Counted from the first letter of the stretch, positions 37,423 through 46,963 are shown. The stretch is 64,000 nucleotides of DNA from Bacteroidales bacterium (GCA_017417315.1 JAFPZK010000016.1:31494-95493); one strand, 5' to 3'. Program-made: numbers and translations. Notes: generated by a model from the letters alone, not told the origin.

Positions 37423-38184
37423 ATGAAAATCACTTTTCTCGGCACGGGAACTTCGTTAGGCGTTCCTATAATCGGTTGCAAATGCAGGGTTTGTCAGTCA
37501 AAAGATTTGAGGGACAAGCGGTTCAGAAGTTCGGTTTTTATCGAAACCGAAGGTAGAAATTTTATCATCGACACAGGACCCGATTTTAGGATTCAGTGCC
37601 TCAATAACGGCGTGGAAAGGGTTGATGCCGTATTCATAACGCATATTCATAGAGACCATCTTTCTGGTTTGGACGACATACGGCCTTTTTGTTATCAGCA
37701 AAAAGCATTTATTCCCGTTTACGGCACAAAAACAACTTGCGAAAGAATTTTGAAAGATTTTGCGTATTGTTTCGGCGAAAACCGCTATCCGGGAGTCCCT
37801 GACATAACTTTGCAGGAGATTTCTACGGAAGATTTTCTCGTTCAAGGCGTTAAAGTAACACCGATACCAGTGCTTCACGGCAAAATGGAAGTTACGGCTT
37901 ACAGAATCGGAAATTTTACGTACATCACCGATGCAAGCAAAATTTCGGAAGAAAGTATGAAAAAAATTGCCGGCACGGAATATTTGGTTGTCAACGCTTT
38001 AAGAAAAGAGCCACACCCGTCGCATTTTACGCTGTCTCAGGCTTTGGCGTTGATTGAAACAATCCGTCCGAAACATGCTTATATTACACATGTAGGACAC
38101 GGTTTCGGCTTTTATGACGAAATGCAAAAGACCCTGCCCGAAAACGTTACACTCAGTTATGACGGCTTGAAAATTGAATTTTAA
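37423..38184 (+). CDS. MBL-fold metallo-hydrolase (PhnP/GPMBL-like)
   Basis: HIHRDH (HxHxDH) motif and an N-terminal Cys cluster CKCRVC. Confidence 0.8.
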   Translation: MKITFLGTGTSLGVPIIGCKCRVCQSKDLRDKRFRSSVFIETEGRNFIIDTGPDFRIQCLNNGVERVDAVFITHIHRDHLSGLDDIRPFCYQQKAFIPVYGTKTTCERILKDFAYCFGENRYPGVPDITLQEISTEDFLVQGVKVTPIPVLHGKMEVTAYRIGNFTYITDASKISEESMKKIAGTEYLVVNALRKEPHPSHFTLSQALALIETIRPKHAYITHVGHGFGFYDEMQKTLPENVTLSYDGLKIEF

Positions 38185-38200
38185 TAGACAAAAATGAAAA

Positions 38201-39382
38201 ATGGAAATCATAATTTTAGTTCTTACTATATTAAATAGTGTAGCGGTTTTGTTGATGGCGGTAAATTCGCGAAGAAATTTTGATGAATTGAGGCGTGATT
38301 CCGCAGATTTAGAAAATGCTTTCAGAGAAGAGTTCTCTAATCAGCGGCGTGAGAAAGAAACTTCCGATTCTCAATCGAGAATGGAAAATTCAGCACAATT
38401 CCGCCTTATGAGCGAAACATTGGGCAGAAATGTTGACGCTTTGGCTAAATCACAAAAAATTCAACTTCAACTTTTTTCTTCGCGTTTGAAAGAAATTAGC
38501 GATGAGACAACAAAAAAACTCTCTGAAATTCAGCAACTTGTTGACAACAAACTGAAAGAGACAATAGAAAACCGCTTCGACAAATCTTTCAATTTGATAA
38601 ACGAGAGATTGGAGCAGGTTTCAAAGGGTTTGGGCGAAATGCACGGTTTAGCGCAAGGTGTCGGCGATTTAAAGAAAGTGCTGACAAATGTAAAAACGCG
38701 CGGCAATATGGGCGAAGTGGAATTAGGCAGCATCTTAGAACAGATTTTAAGTCCTGCACAATACGTTGTAAATGCCTCTGTTGAAGACGGTTCGCAAAAA
38801 CGTGTGGAATATGCCGTAAAACTTCCCGGTTCAGACCCCGACGGAAAACCGATACTTTTGCCCGTTGACAGTAAATTTCCGATTGAGGATTATTACCGTC
38901 TTTTGGAGGCTTACGACAACGGTGGCGACCTTGAACACGAAGGTCAGCGTTTTGAAATTGCCGTCAGAAATGCCGCAAAAGAAATTCATGACAAATATAT
39001 TCAACCGCCTGTAACGACGGATTTTGCGATAATGTTTGTGCCGACGGAAGGACTTTACGCGGAGATTCTGCGCCGCACGGGACTTTTTGAAGCCTTGCGC
39101 CGCGACTATAAAATCACGGTTACGGGACCGGCAAATTTAGCGGCGTTTTTGTCAAGTCTTCAAATGGGTTTCAGAACTCTCGCAATCGAAAAACGCAGCA
39201 GCGAGGTTTGGAAACTCTTGTCGCAAGTGAAAACCGAGTTTACGAATTTCGGCGACATATTGGACAAAACCCGCAAAAAACTTTCCGAGGCGGCTAACGT
39301 AATTGATTCAGCCGGAGTAAGAAGCCGCGCAATAGAACGCCGTTTGAGAGATGTGGAAAATTATAACGAATTAGACGAATAA
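38201..39382 (+). CDS. rmuC: DNA recombination protein RmuC
   Basis: N-terminal TM plus coiled coil, and the RmuC core ...MFVPTEGLYAEILRR... Confidence 0.85.
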   Translation: MEIIILVLTILNSVAVLLMAVNSRRNFDELRRDSADLENAFREEFSNQRREKETSDSQSRMENSAQFRLMSETLGRNVDALAKSQKIQLQLFSSRLKEISDETTKKLSEIQQLVDNKLKETIENRFDKSFNLINERLEQVSKGLGEMHGLAQGVGDLKKVLTNVKTRGNMGEVELGSILEQILSPAQYVVNASVEDGSQKRVEYAVKLPGSDPDGKPILLPVDSKFPIEDYYRLLEAYDNGGDLEHEGQRFEIAVRNAAKEIHDKYIQPPVTTDFAIMFVPTEGLYAEILRRTGLFEALRRDYKITVTGPANLAAFLSSLQMGFRTLAIEKRSSEVWKLLSQVKTEFTNFGDILDKTRKKLSEAANVIDSAGVRSRAIERRLRDVENYNELDE

Positions 39383-39458
39383 AAAGTAGGAACTGATATT
39401 CCCGTTCAAAATATACAACTTTTTTTTAGCGAAGAACTTTTTTTCAAGAAAAAAGTTT

Positions 39459-39466
39459 TATTTTTG
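39459..39466 (+). promoter_or_regulatory. TAnnTTTG promoter motif (TATTTTTG)
   Basis: Exact motif 26 nt upstream of the ATG at 39492. Confidence 0.5.
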
Positions 39467-39491
39467 CAAAAACTTTTAATTCGAGAAAATT

Positions 39492-40400
39492 ATGTCGAAA
39501 TATCTGAACCCGAAAGTTGATTTAACTTTCAAAAAAGTTTTCGGTGAGCATGCAAATTTGGTAAAAAGCCTTTTGAATGCTCTTTTGCCGTTGCCCGCCG
39601 GTATGACAATCGAAACTGTTGAGTATTTAACGGCAGAAAACGTTCCTGAAAATCCTGCGAAAAAATATTCAATCGTAGATGTAAGATGTACAGATAATTA
39701 CGGACGAGGCTTTATTGTTGAAATGCAGTCGTATTGGAACAAAGAATTTTTCTCGCGGACACTTTTTAACGCGGCTTCAATGTATTCGAAGCAGTTGGCA
39801 AAAGGCAATCCGTTTGAAAGATTAAAAGAGGTTTACGCCCTCGCTCTTGTCAATGATGAGGCGTTTAATTATGAAGGCGACAGCGATTATATGCAAGAGT
39901 TTTACATAATTAACAAAAAGCATCCGTCTGACATTCACAGAGATATATCGCTGATTTTTGTTGAACTAAAAAAATATAAACCTGCTGATAAAGGCAGCAA
40001 GGCGATAAAAGAACTTTGGCTGAAATTTTTAACGCAGATTGACGAGAATACGGTTGAAGTAGAAGATGCGATGTTAGAAAATCCTGAAATAAATGAGGCT
40101 CTGAATCTTGTAGAGCGTTCTGCTTACACGGATGCGGATATATATGTTTACGAGGATTATTTGCTTGAAGTTATGACACAGAGAAACTCTGTTGAAAATG
40201 CGCGAAATGAAGGCGAAGAAATCGGTTTTGAGAAAGGCGAAAAAGTCGGAATTGAAAAAGGACGTGCCGAAGGACGAGCCGAAGGCGAAAAACAAGCCAA
40301 ACTTGCTATTGCCCGTAACCTTAAATCTTTGGGTACAATGACGTTGAAACAAATTGCTGAGGCGACCCAACTTTCCGTAGCAGACTTAACCTTAATTTAA
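39492..40400 (+). CDS. Rpn-family recombination-promoting nuclease / PD-(D/E)xK putative transposase
   Basis: MSKYLNPKVDLTFKKVFGEH... and IVDVRC...FIVEMQ, the hallmark of the Rpn/transposase_31 family. Confidence 0.8.
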   Translation: MSKYLNPKVDLTFKKVFGEHANLVKSLLNALLPLPAGMTIETVEYLTAENVPENPAKKYSIVDVRCTDNYGRGFIVEMQSYWNKEFFSRTLFNAASMYSKQLAKGNPFERLKEVYALALVNDEAFNYEGDSDYMQEFYIINKKHPSDIHRDISLIFVELKKYKPADKGSKAIKELWLKFLTQIDENTVEVEDAMLENPEINEALNLVERSAYTDADIYVYEDYLLEVMTQRNSVENARNEGEEIGFEKGEKVGIEKGRAEGRAEGEKQAKLAIARNLKSLGTMTLKQIAEATQLSVADLTLI

Positions 40401-40520
40401 CCTAACACCTTTGTCTTAACTGTTAATTTTTGTTACTTTTGCACATTACAAACCCAATTAAACAACAAAATTTAACTAAAACTTAAAATAATAATGTTGC
40501 AAAATTCAATAAAAATATTA

Positions 40521-40545
40521 CAACGCAACGCAACGCAACGCAACG
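40521..40545. repeat. Pentanucleotide microsatellite (CAACG)x5
   Basis: Five perfect tandem units read directly. Confidence 0.95.
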
Positions 40546-40589
40546 GTATTTTATACCTCGTTTAGATATTTTTATATGATTGATATATA

Positions 40590-40643
40590 ATCCCTTGTGG
40601 ACGGAAAAATTTAATTCTGTCCGCAAGGGATTTTTGTTTTTTG
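40590..40643 (+). terminator. Rho-independent terminator
   Basis: 13-bp stem 40590-40602/40619-40631 (one G-U pair), 16-nt loop, then TTTTTGTTTTTT. Confidence 0.7.
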
Positions 40644-40674
40644 TATATATTTTAAGTTTAATATTTTTTTAATC

Positions 40675-40833
40675 ATGGAGAAAAACCAGAAGAAATCAGT
40701 CGTCATTGACGTAACGACAAAAAAGAAATACGTCAAACCCGATTTTGAAGTAATCGAGTTGAATATGGAAGCACCGCTTTTGATGCAGAGCGGCAAATTC
40801 GGTATACAAGAAGGACAACGTCATGAAATTTAA
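40675..40833 (+). CDS. 52-aa small ORF coupled to the downstream lipoprotein gene
   Basis: ATG ORF MEKNQKKSVVIDVTTKKKYVKPDFEVIELNMEAPLLMQSGKFGIQEGQRHEI, too short for the ORF track. Its stop lies 16 nt before the lipoprotein ATG. Confidence 0.3.
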   Translation: MEKNQKKSVVIDVTTKKKYVKPDFEVIELNMEAPLLMQSGKFGIQEGQRHEI

Positions 40834-40849
40834 AAAAGGAGGAATTAAA

Positions 40850-42283
40850 ATGAAAAAGACGTTTATTAAATTCTTGCCCTTTGCGGCAGCAGTTTTGCTT
40901 GCAACCTCTTGCGGCAAAGACGATAACAGCGACAACAACGTTGCTAATCCTAACAACGGAACAGAAGTAGTAACACCTGAAAACGGAGTTAAAACCGTGC
41001 CTTTTACCGTGAAAGTCGGTACTAACGGCAAAATCTCCAAAATTGCTTATTCAGGTGCTGACGGTACGGGTAACGTAACACCAACTTTTGAAGCAAGCGA
41101 AGTTGATAAACTTACGATGATAGTAACGGGAGAAGGTGTTAATACCACATTGACGTTGAAAGATGTTGACGGTACATTTAGCGGCGAAATTGCAGCGGGT
41201 TTAGCCACAGATTTTGATTTGACCGCCACAATTACTATTGACGGAGAAGCCGCTACTTCAAATACCAGTCTTAGTGATTTGATGAAAAATTGCGGACATA
41301 TTTATTCTCAGTCATTTAAGTATGGTGATGTTACATCAGGTAACAAAATTATGTTAGTTGACAACAAATCATATATTGAAGTATCTTGGATAAACAAAGG
41401 CGGACAAGAAGTAACTATCAGTGGAGAAAAATACACCTTAAACTCTGACGGTAAAATTTGGATTGCCGTTGCAGCAGGCTCGAACATAGTTTCAGATGAC
41501 CTTGGCGTTAGTTCAACTACTACCGTTGCCGGTGATATTTATACTATCAGTCGTACTTTTGTTGCAGTAACAAGTATCTCCATTTCCGGCGGTTTTGAAT
41601 CGAGCGAAAGCAATCCTTACGTATGGGGTTCAGAAACCACCGACAATAAGTCCTTGACTGCTACCGTTTTGCCTGAAAACGCTACCAACAAAAATGTTAC
41701 GTGGTCATCAGACGCACCGTCTCTTGTTACTGTTGATGAAAACGGCAAAATTACAATCATCGCTCCGAATACGGAAGCAAGTGCAAAGAAAGTTACCATT
41801 ACAGCCACTGCTGCTGACGGTAGCGGAAGTTTTGGTACTTATGACCTTTGGCTTGACAACTACGTTGACCTCGGTATTTCGGGCATTCACTTTGCAACAA
41901 CCAATAGTGCAGAAAGCAAATGGACTGACATTTCTGATAAAAATACTATTCCTTCAAAAGACGAGTGGACATCACTTTGGCAGAATTGCTATTGGGTGTG
42001 GAGTTCTGATTCTGAGGGTATGTACGTTTTTAAAGCGACTGGTTCAAATCAAAGTGCCCCCGCTAGATCATTTGACGATAATTATAAACTTGGCAATGGC
42101 GTTCCGTATATTTTCCTTCCGGTCACTCCGGACCGCTCCAACGGCATCTATTGGTCGAGTACGGAGGACGAGGGCGACGCGTACTGTTTGTACTTCCTCT
42201 CCAACGAAGTGAACACCGAGAACTACCTCGGCAACGTCAAGACTGGCACTTGGTCGGTTCGCACGGTTCGGCGCAGCAATTAA
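40850..42283 (+). CDS. Surface lipoprotein with a Big_2 Ig-like domain and a C-terminal FISUMP/DUF1566-like (C-type-lectin-fold) domain
   Basis: Lipobox LLATSC. Big_2 segment LTATVLPENATNKNVTWSSD..VTVDENGKITI. C-terminus ...YWSSTEDEGDAYCLYF....WSVRTVR. The likely start is ATG 40850 (MKKTFIKF). Confidence 0.7.
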   Translation: MKKTFIKFLPFAAAVLLATSCGKDDNSDNNVANPNNGTEVVTPENGVKTVPFTVKVGTNGKISKIAYSGADGTGNVTPTFEASEVDKLTMIVTGEGVNTTLTLKDVDGTFSGEIAAGLATDFDLTATITIDGEAATSNTSLSDLMKNCGHIYSQSFKYGDVTSGNKIMLVDNKSYIEVSWINKGGQEVTISGEKYTLNSDGKIWIAVAAGSNIVSDDLGVSSTTTVAGDIYTISRTFVAVTSISISGGFESSESNPYVWGSETTDNKSLTATVLPENATNKNVTWSSDAPSLVTVDENGKITIIAPNTEASAKKVTITATAADGSGSFGTYDLWLDNYVDLGISGIHFATTNSAESKWTDISDKNTIPSKDEWTSLWQNCYWVWSSDSEGMYVFKATGSNQSAPARSFDDNYKLGNGVPYIFLPVTPDRSNGIYWSSTEDEGDAYCLYFLSNEVNTENYLGNVKTGTWSVRTVRRSN

Positions 42284-42312
42284 CCATGTTTAACGGAACG
42301 AATTTTATAATT

Positions 42313-42352
42313 AAACGACTATCGGAATGCTTTTTTCGGTAGTCGTTTTTTT
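42313..42352 (+). terminator. Rho-independent terminator
   Basis: 12-bp stem AAACGACTATCG/CGGTAGTCGTTT (one G-U pair) followed by a T-run. Confidence 0.8.
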
Positions 42353-42423
42353 GTTGCAGAAAATAAAAAAAAGTTTTATTTTTACAGAAAAACTTTTAAT
42401 TTTTGCGAAAAATAAAAAGTGTA

Positions 42424-43299
42424 ATGATAGACGAAATTGAGAAAGGAAAAAGCGAAATCGTTATGTATCAGCCTGATGAAACAATAAAGTTAGAGGTTAG
42501 GCTTGATAATGAAACTGTTTGGTTGAATCGACAGCAAATGGCAGAATTGTTTAATCGCGATATTAAAACAATAGGTAAGCACATTAACAATGCTCTGCAT
42601 GAAGAGTTGTCTGAAATTTCAACTGTCGCAAAATTTGCGACAGTTCAATTGGAAGGAGAGAGAATGGTAAAACGTAATGTTGAGTATTATAATCTCGATA
42701 TGATTTTATCCGTAGGATATAGAGTAAAATCGGCTCAGGGTATTAAATTCAGGCAATGGTCGAATGCTGTTTTGAAACAATATTTATTAAAAGGTTATGT
42801 ATTGAATCAACGACTTTCCGATTTAGAAACTACTGTTACAGCACACAAAAGTGATATTGCCGATTTACAAACCAAAGTTGATTTTTTTATTCGCACCTCG
42901 TTGCCGCCTATTGAAGGTATTTTTTATGACGGACAAATTTTTGACGCATACGTACAGATTGTCGGATTAATTAAAGCGGCGAAAAAAAATATTGTACTTA
43001 TTGACAACTACGTTGATGAAACCGTTTTGACAATGCTCGGCAAAAGAACCGCCGGAGTGTCAGCAACAATTTATACAAAGCAAAATTCTAATAGTTTTCA
43101 ATTAGATGTCAATCGTTATAATGCTCAATATCCGCCTATTATTGTAAATATCTGCCATAATGCCCATGACCGTTTTTTGATTATAGATGATATTGTTTAT
43201 ATCTTCGGAGCAAGTCTAAAAGATGCTGGTAAAAAATTGTTCGCTTTTATAAAAATGCAGGAAACATCTCCAACTGATATTTTATCTTTGATAAGGTAA
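42424..43299 (+). CDS. RhuM-family virulence/phage-associated protein
   Basis: IVMYQPDETIKLEVRLDNETVWLNRQQMAELFNRDIKTIGKHINN is the characteristic RhuM N-terminus. The start is taken at ATG 42424. Confidence 0.75.
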   Translation: MIDEIEKGKSEIVMYQPDETIKLEVRLDNETVWLNRQQMAELFNRDIKTIGKHINNALHEELSEISTVAKFATVQLEGERMVKRNVEYYNLDMILSVGYRVKSAQGIKFRQWSNAVLKQYLLKGYVLNQRLSDLETTVTAHKSDIADLQTKVDFFIRTSLPPIEGIFYDGQIFDAYVQIVGLIKAAKKNIVLIDNYVDETVLTMLGKRTAGVSATIYTKQNSNSFQLDVNRYNAQYPPIIVNICHNAHDRFLIIDDIVYIFGASLKDAGKKLFAFIKMQETSPTDILSLIR

Positions 43300-43352
43300 T
43301 ATAATAAAAAAAGCTGCCCTTTTGGACAGCCTTTTTATTTTATGCTTGATTA

Positions 43353-46300
43353 TTATTTCGAATAATCCATTGCTGCGTAGCGTTTGTAGTTGTTGTAACG
43401 TTTCAAAGCGGCCTCTTGACATGCAGCGTAAAGTTCTTCTGCTTGTCCGGGGAACGACTTTTGAAGCGATGCAAAACGAACTTCACCTAACAAGAAGTTT
43501 CTAAATTCTTCCCATTTTGGTTCTTTTGAATCCAAAGTGAACGGGTTCTTGCCCTCTTTTTCAAGTTCAGGATTGAATCTCCACAAGTGCCAGTAACCGC
43601 AATCAACTGCTTTCTTCTCCTCTGCCTGAGATTTACCCATACCGCCTTTGGCTTTCAAACCGTGGTTGATACAAGGTGCGTATGCTATTACCAATGAAGG
43701 TCCGGGATATGCCTCAGCCTCTTTCAACGCTTTCAAAGTCTGTGCTTGGTCGGCACCCATTGCAATTTGTGCTACGTAAACATAACCGTAAGTCGTTGCA
43801 ATCAAACCGAGGTCTTTCTTTGAAACTCTCTTACCAGAAGCAGCAAATTTAGCAATTGCGCCAAGAGGTGTTGCTTTTGATGACTGTCCGCCCGTGTTAG
43901 AGTAAACCTCTGTGTCGATAACAAATACGTTAACGTCCTCGCCCGAAGCAATTACGTGGTCAAGTCCGCCGTATCCGATGTCGTATGAAGCACCGTCACC
44001 ACCGATAATCCACTGTGAACGTTTTACCAAGTGATCTTTGTAGATGAGGATTTCTTTGCACTTGTCGCAACCGCAAGCCGTGCAAGCCTCTACAATCTTC
44101 GGACCTAAAACTTTCGTTGCTGCTGCATCGTTCTGTTTTTCAATCCATTCGTTGAACAACGCTTTCAATTCAGCAGAACAACATTCGCAACTTTGAGCCT
44201 CTGTCATCAACTTGGTCAAACGTGCTTTCATCTTCTTGTTAGCGATTGCCATACCGAGACCGAACTCGCAGAAGTCTTCAAACAATGAGTTTGCCCAAGC
44301 TGGACCCTGACCTTTTGCGTTTTTGGTGTAAGGTGTTGAAGGAACCGAACCTGAATAGATTGATGAACATCCTGTTGCGTTTGCAACGATTTCTCTGTCG
44401 CCGAAAAGTTGAGAAATAAGTTTTACGTAAGGTGTTTCACCGCAACCTGCGCATGCACCTGAGAACTCAAACAACGGTGTTGCAAACTGTGAGTTCTTAA
44501 CGTTAGAGGTGATGTCAACCAAATCCTGTTTTGACGTAACTTTTTCAACGCAGTAATCCCAGTTAGCAGCCTCTTTTGCAGCAGCCTCTGAACCGTCGTC
44601 GTAAGGTTTCATCGTAAGAGCAGGACCGCCGAGTTTCGGATTGCCCGGACAAACGTCAGCACAGTTACCGCAAGCCAAACAGTCTTTAACGCCAACCTGC
44701 ATTGTGAAGTACATGCCTTTCAATGCTGCCGGTGCTTTGATTTCGATGGTCTGACCATTGAAGCCCGCTTTCTCTTTTTCCGTCATAACAAACGGACGGA
44801 TACAAGCGTGAGGACAAACGTAAGCACACTTGTTACACTGAATACATTTTTCAGCGTCCCAAACAGGCACAAATGCACCTACACCGCGTTTTTCAAATTT
44901 AGCAGTGCCGGCTTTCCATGTACCGTCTTCAATGCCTTTGAATGTTGATACAGGCAACAAATCACCGTCCTGAGCGTTGATAGGACGAACTACTTTGTTG
45001 ATGAAGTCATCACCGTCAGTGTAAACTTTTTCAGTGATTTCAAGATTAGCCCAAGCGGGATCTACCGTTAATTCTTTGTACTCGCCGCCTCTGTCGATAG
45101 CGTTGTAGTTCATATTAACGATGTCTTCACCTTTCTTGCTGTATGATTTGTATGCGAAATGTTTCATTTCATCAACGGCTTTGTCAACAGGAATTACGCC
45201 CGTAATACGGAAGAATGCTGACTGCAAAATCGTATTCGTTCTGTTACCCAAACCGATTTCCTGACCGATTTTCGTAGCGTTGATGTAATAAACCTTTATA
45301 TTATGCTTTGCGAAATAAGCCTTAACTTTGTTCGGAATGTTGTGAACCAAATCTTCACCGTCCCAAATCGTGTTCAAAAGGAACGAGCCGCCGTCTTGAA
45401 GACCTCTTGTAACATCGTACATGTTGAGGTAAGCCTGTTGATGGCAAGCAACGAAGTTAGGAGTGGTTACCAAATATGTTGAACGGATAGGTTCGTCGCC
45501 GAAACGGAGGTGTGAACATGTGAAACCGCCTGACTTTTTAGAGTCGTAAGAGAAGTAAGCCTGACAATATTTGTCAGTTGTTTCACCGATGATTTTAACA
45601 GAGTTTTTGTTTGCGCCGACAGTACCGTCAGAACCCAAACCGTAGAATTTTGCTTGGAACATACCTTTGCCGCCTACTGCAACTTCTTCGCCTACGGGCA
45701 ATGAAGTAAACGTAACGTCATCGGTAATACCGAGTGTGAAGTGGTCTTTCGGTTTGTTCATTGCGAGGTTGTCATAAACGGCAATGATTTGAGCAGGTGT
45801 TGTGTCGTTAGAGCCGAGGCCGTAACGTCCGCCGCAAACACTTATATTATTAAGGAGACCGAGTTCTGACAATGCGTTAACAACGTCCAAATACAAAGGT
45901 TCTGCATTTGCGCCGGGTTCTTTTGTGCGGTCGAGAACGCAGATTCTCTTTGTTGAAGCGGGGATAGCCTCTTTTAAGAATTTCAAAGAGAACGGACGAT
46001 ACAAGTGAACTGAAATCAAACCTACTTTTTCGCCTTTTGAAAGTTTCAAGTCGATAACTTCTTTGATACATTCTGTTACCGAACCCATAGCGATGATAAC
46101 GTTTTCTGCATCGGGTGCGCCGTAGTAGTCGAACGGACGATATTTTCTGCCGGTTAAAGCCGAAACTTGATCCATGTATTCAGAAACGATGTCGGCAACT
46201 TTGTCGTAATACGGGTTGCAAGACTCTCTGTGAGCGAAGAATACATCGGGGTTTTCAGCCATACCTCTCATTTCGGGTCTTTCGGGAGATAATGCTCTTT

Positions 46301-46919
46301 CTCTGAACTCTTTAACAGCGTTCCAATCAACGAGAGTTTTGAGGTCTTCTTGGTCAACAACTTCTACTTTCTGATATTCGTGAGAAGTACGGAAACCGTC
46401 GAAGAAGTTCAAGAAAGGAACTCTTGATTTGATTGTTGCAAGGTGAGCAACGCCTGCTAAGTCCATAACTTCCTGAACAGAGCCTTCTGCCAACATAGCA
46501 AAACCTGTCTGACGGCACGCATAAACGTCCTGATGGTCGCCGAAAATACAAAGTGCGTGAGAAGCCAAGGTTCTTGCCGAAACATGGAAAACGCAGGGGA
46601 GTAATTCACCGGCGATTTTGTACATGTTAGGAATCATAAGGAGAAGACCTTGTGAAGCGGTGAAAGTAGTTGTCAAAGCGCCGGCTTGCAAAGAGCCGTG
46701 AACCGTACCCGAAGCACCGCCTTCGGATTGCATTTCCTGAACGGTAACAGTTTCACCGAACATGTTTTTTCTGCCTTGTGCAGCCCATTCGTCAACGTTT
46801 TCTGCCATCGGGGAAGAAGGCGTGATGGGATAAATGGCGGCAACTTCCGTGAACATATACGCGATATGCGCAGCGGCGGTATTACCGTCACAAGTCATAA
46901 ATTTCTTTTCTTTTGCCAT
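43353..46919 (-). CDS. nifJ: Pyruvate:ferredoxin (flavodoxin) oxidoreductase
   Basis: 1188 aa. Two 4Fe-4S motifs (CIQCNKCAYVCP, CLACGNCADVCP) and a TPP-binding GGDG..YDIG region. Confidence 0.95.
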   Translation of the reverse strand: MAKEKKFMTCDGNTAAAHIAYMFTEVAAIYPITPSSPMAENVDEWAAQGRKNMFGETVTVQEMQSEGGASGTVHGSLQAGALTTTFTASQGLLLMIPNMYKIAGELLPCVFHVSARTLASHALCIFGDHQDVYACRQTGFAMLAEGSVQEVMDLAGVAHLATIKSRVPFLNFFDGFRTSHEYQKVEVVDQEDLKTLVDWNAVKEFRERALSPERPEMRGMAENPDVFFAHRESCNPYYDKVADIVSEYMDQVSALTGRKYRPFDYYGAPDAENVIIAMGSVTECIKEVIDLKLSKGEKVGLISVHLYRPFSLKFLKEAIPASTKRICVLDRTKEPGANAEPLYLDVVNALSELGLLNNISVCGGRYGLGSNDTTPAQIIAVYDNLAMNKPKDHFTLGITDDVTFTSLPVGEEVAVGGKGMFQAKFYGLGSDGTVGANKNSVKIIGETTDKYCQAYFSYDSKKSGGFTCSHLRFGDEPIRSTYLVTTPNFVACHQQAYLNMYDVTRGLQDGGSFLLNTIWDGEDLVHNIPNKVKAYFAKHNIKVYYINATKIGQEIGLGNRTNTILQSAFFRITGVIPVDKAVDEMKHFAYKSYSKKGEDIVNMNYNAIDRGGEYKELTVDPAWANLEITEKVYTDGDDFINKVVRPINAQDGDLLPVSTFKGIEDGTWKAGTAKFEKRGVGAFVPVWDAEKCIQCNKCAYVCPHACIRPFVMTEKEKAGFNGQTIEIKAPAALKGMYFTMQVGVKDCLACGNCADVCPGNPKLGGPALTMKPYDDGSEAAAKEAANWDYCVEKVTSKQDLVDITSNVKNSQFATPLFEFSGACAGCGETPYVKLISQLFGDREIVANATGCSSIYSGSVPSTPYTKNAKGQGPAWANSLFEDFCEFGLGMAIANKKMKARLTKLMTEAQSCECCSAELKALFNEWIEKQNDAAATKVLGPKIVEACTACGCDKCKEILIYKDHLVKRSQWIIGGDGASYDIGYGGLDHVIASGEDVNVFVIDTEVYSNTGGQSSKATPLGAIAKFAASGKRVSKKDLGLIATTYGYVYVAQIAMGADQAQTLKALKEAEAYPGPSLVIAYAPCINHGLKAKGGMGKSQAEEKKAVDCGYWHLWRFNPELEKEGKNPFTLDSKEPKWEEFRNFLLGEVRFASLQKSFPGQAEELYAACQEAALKRYNNYKRYAAMDYSK

Positions 46920-46955
46920 AATTAATATTAACTATTTGTTTGAAATTTTCACTCA

Positions 46956-46963
46956 CAAAGGTA
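46956..46963 (-). promoter_or_regulatory. TAnnTTTG promoter motif (TACCTTTG on the minus strand) for nifJ
   Basis: Exact motif about 37 nt upstream of the ATG at 46919. Confidence 0.45.

Larger units (their letters stand above)
40434..40643 (+). ncRNA. Candidate orphan transcription unit (promoter motif to strong terminator, about 195 nt)
   Basis: TACTTTTG at 40434-40441 and a terminator at 40590-40643. No credible ORF lies between them, and the unit contains (CAACG)5. Confidence 0.3.

Noticed and set aside
40494-40565. 23-codon ATG ORF (MLQNSIKILQRNATQRNGILYLV) containing the CAACG repeat
   Set aside because: It is too short and low in complexity to support as a gene. I mention it only as a possible frame-shift target in the microsatellite finding.
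41694-42212. 172-aa out-of-frame plus-strand ORF, plus small minus-strand ORFs, inside the lipoprotein gene
   Set aside because: It overlaps the Big_2/FISUMP reading frame, which carries recognisable domain motifs. Its start is an alternative codon.
43300-43352. Hairpin AAGCTGCCC/GGACAGCCTT as a terminator between the RhuM gene and nifJ
   Set aside because: The stem has two mismatches and only short perfect runs. It is plausible but too weak to list as a feature.
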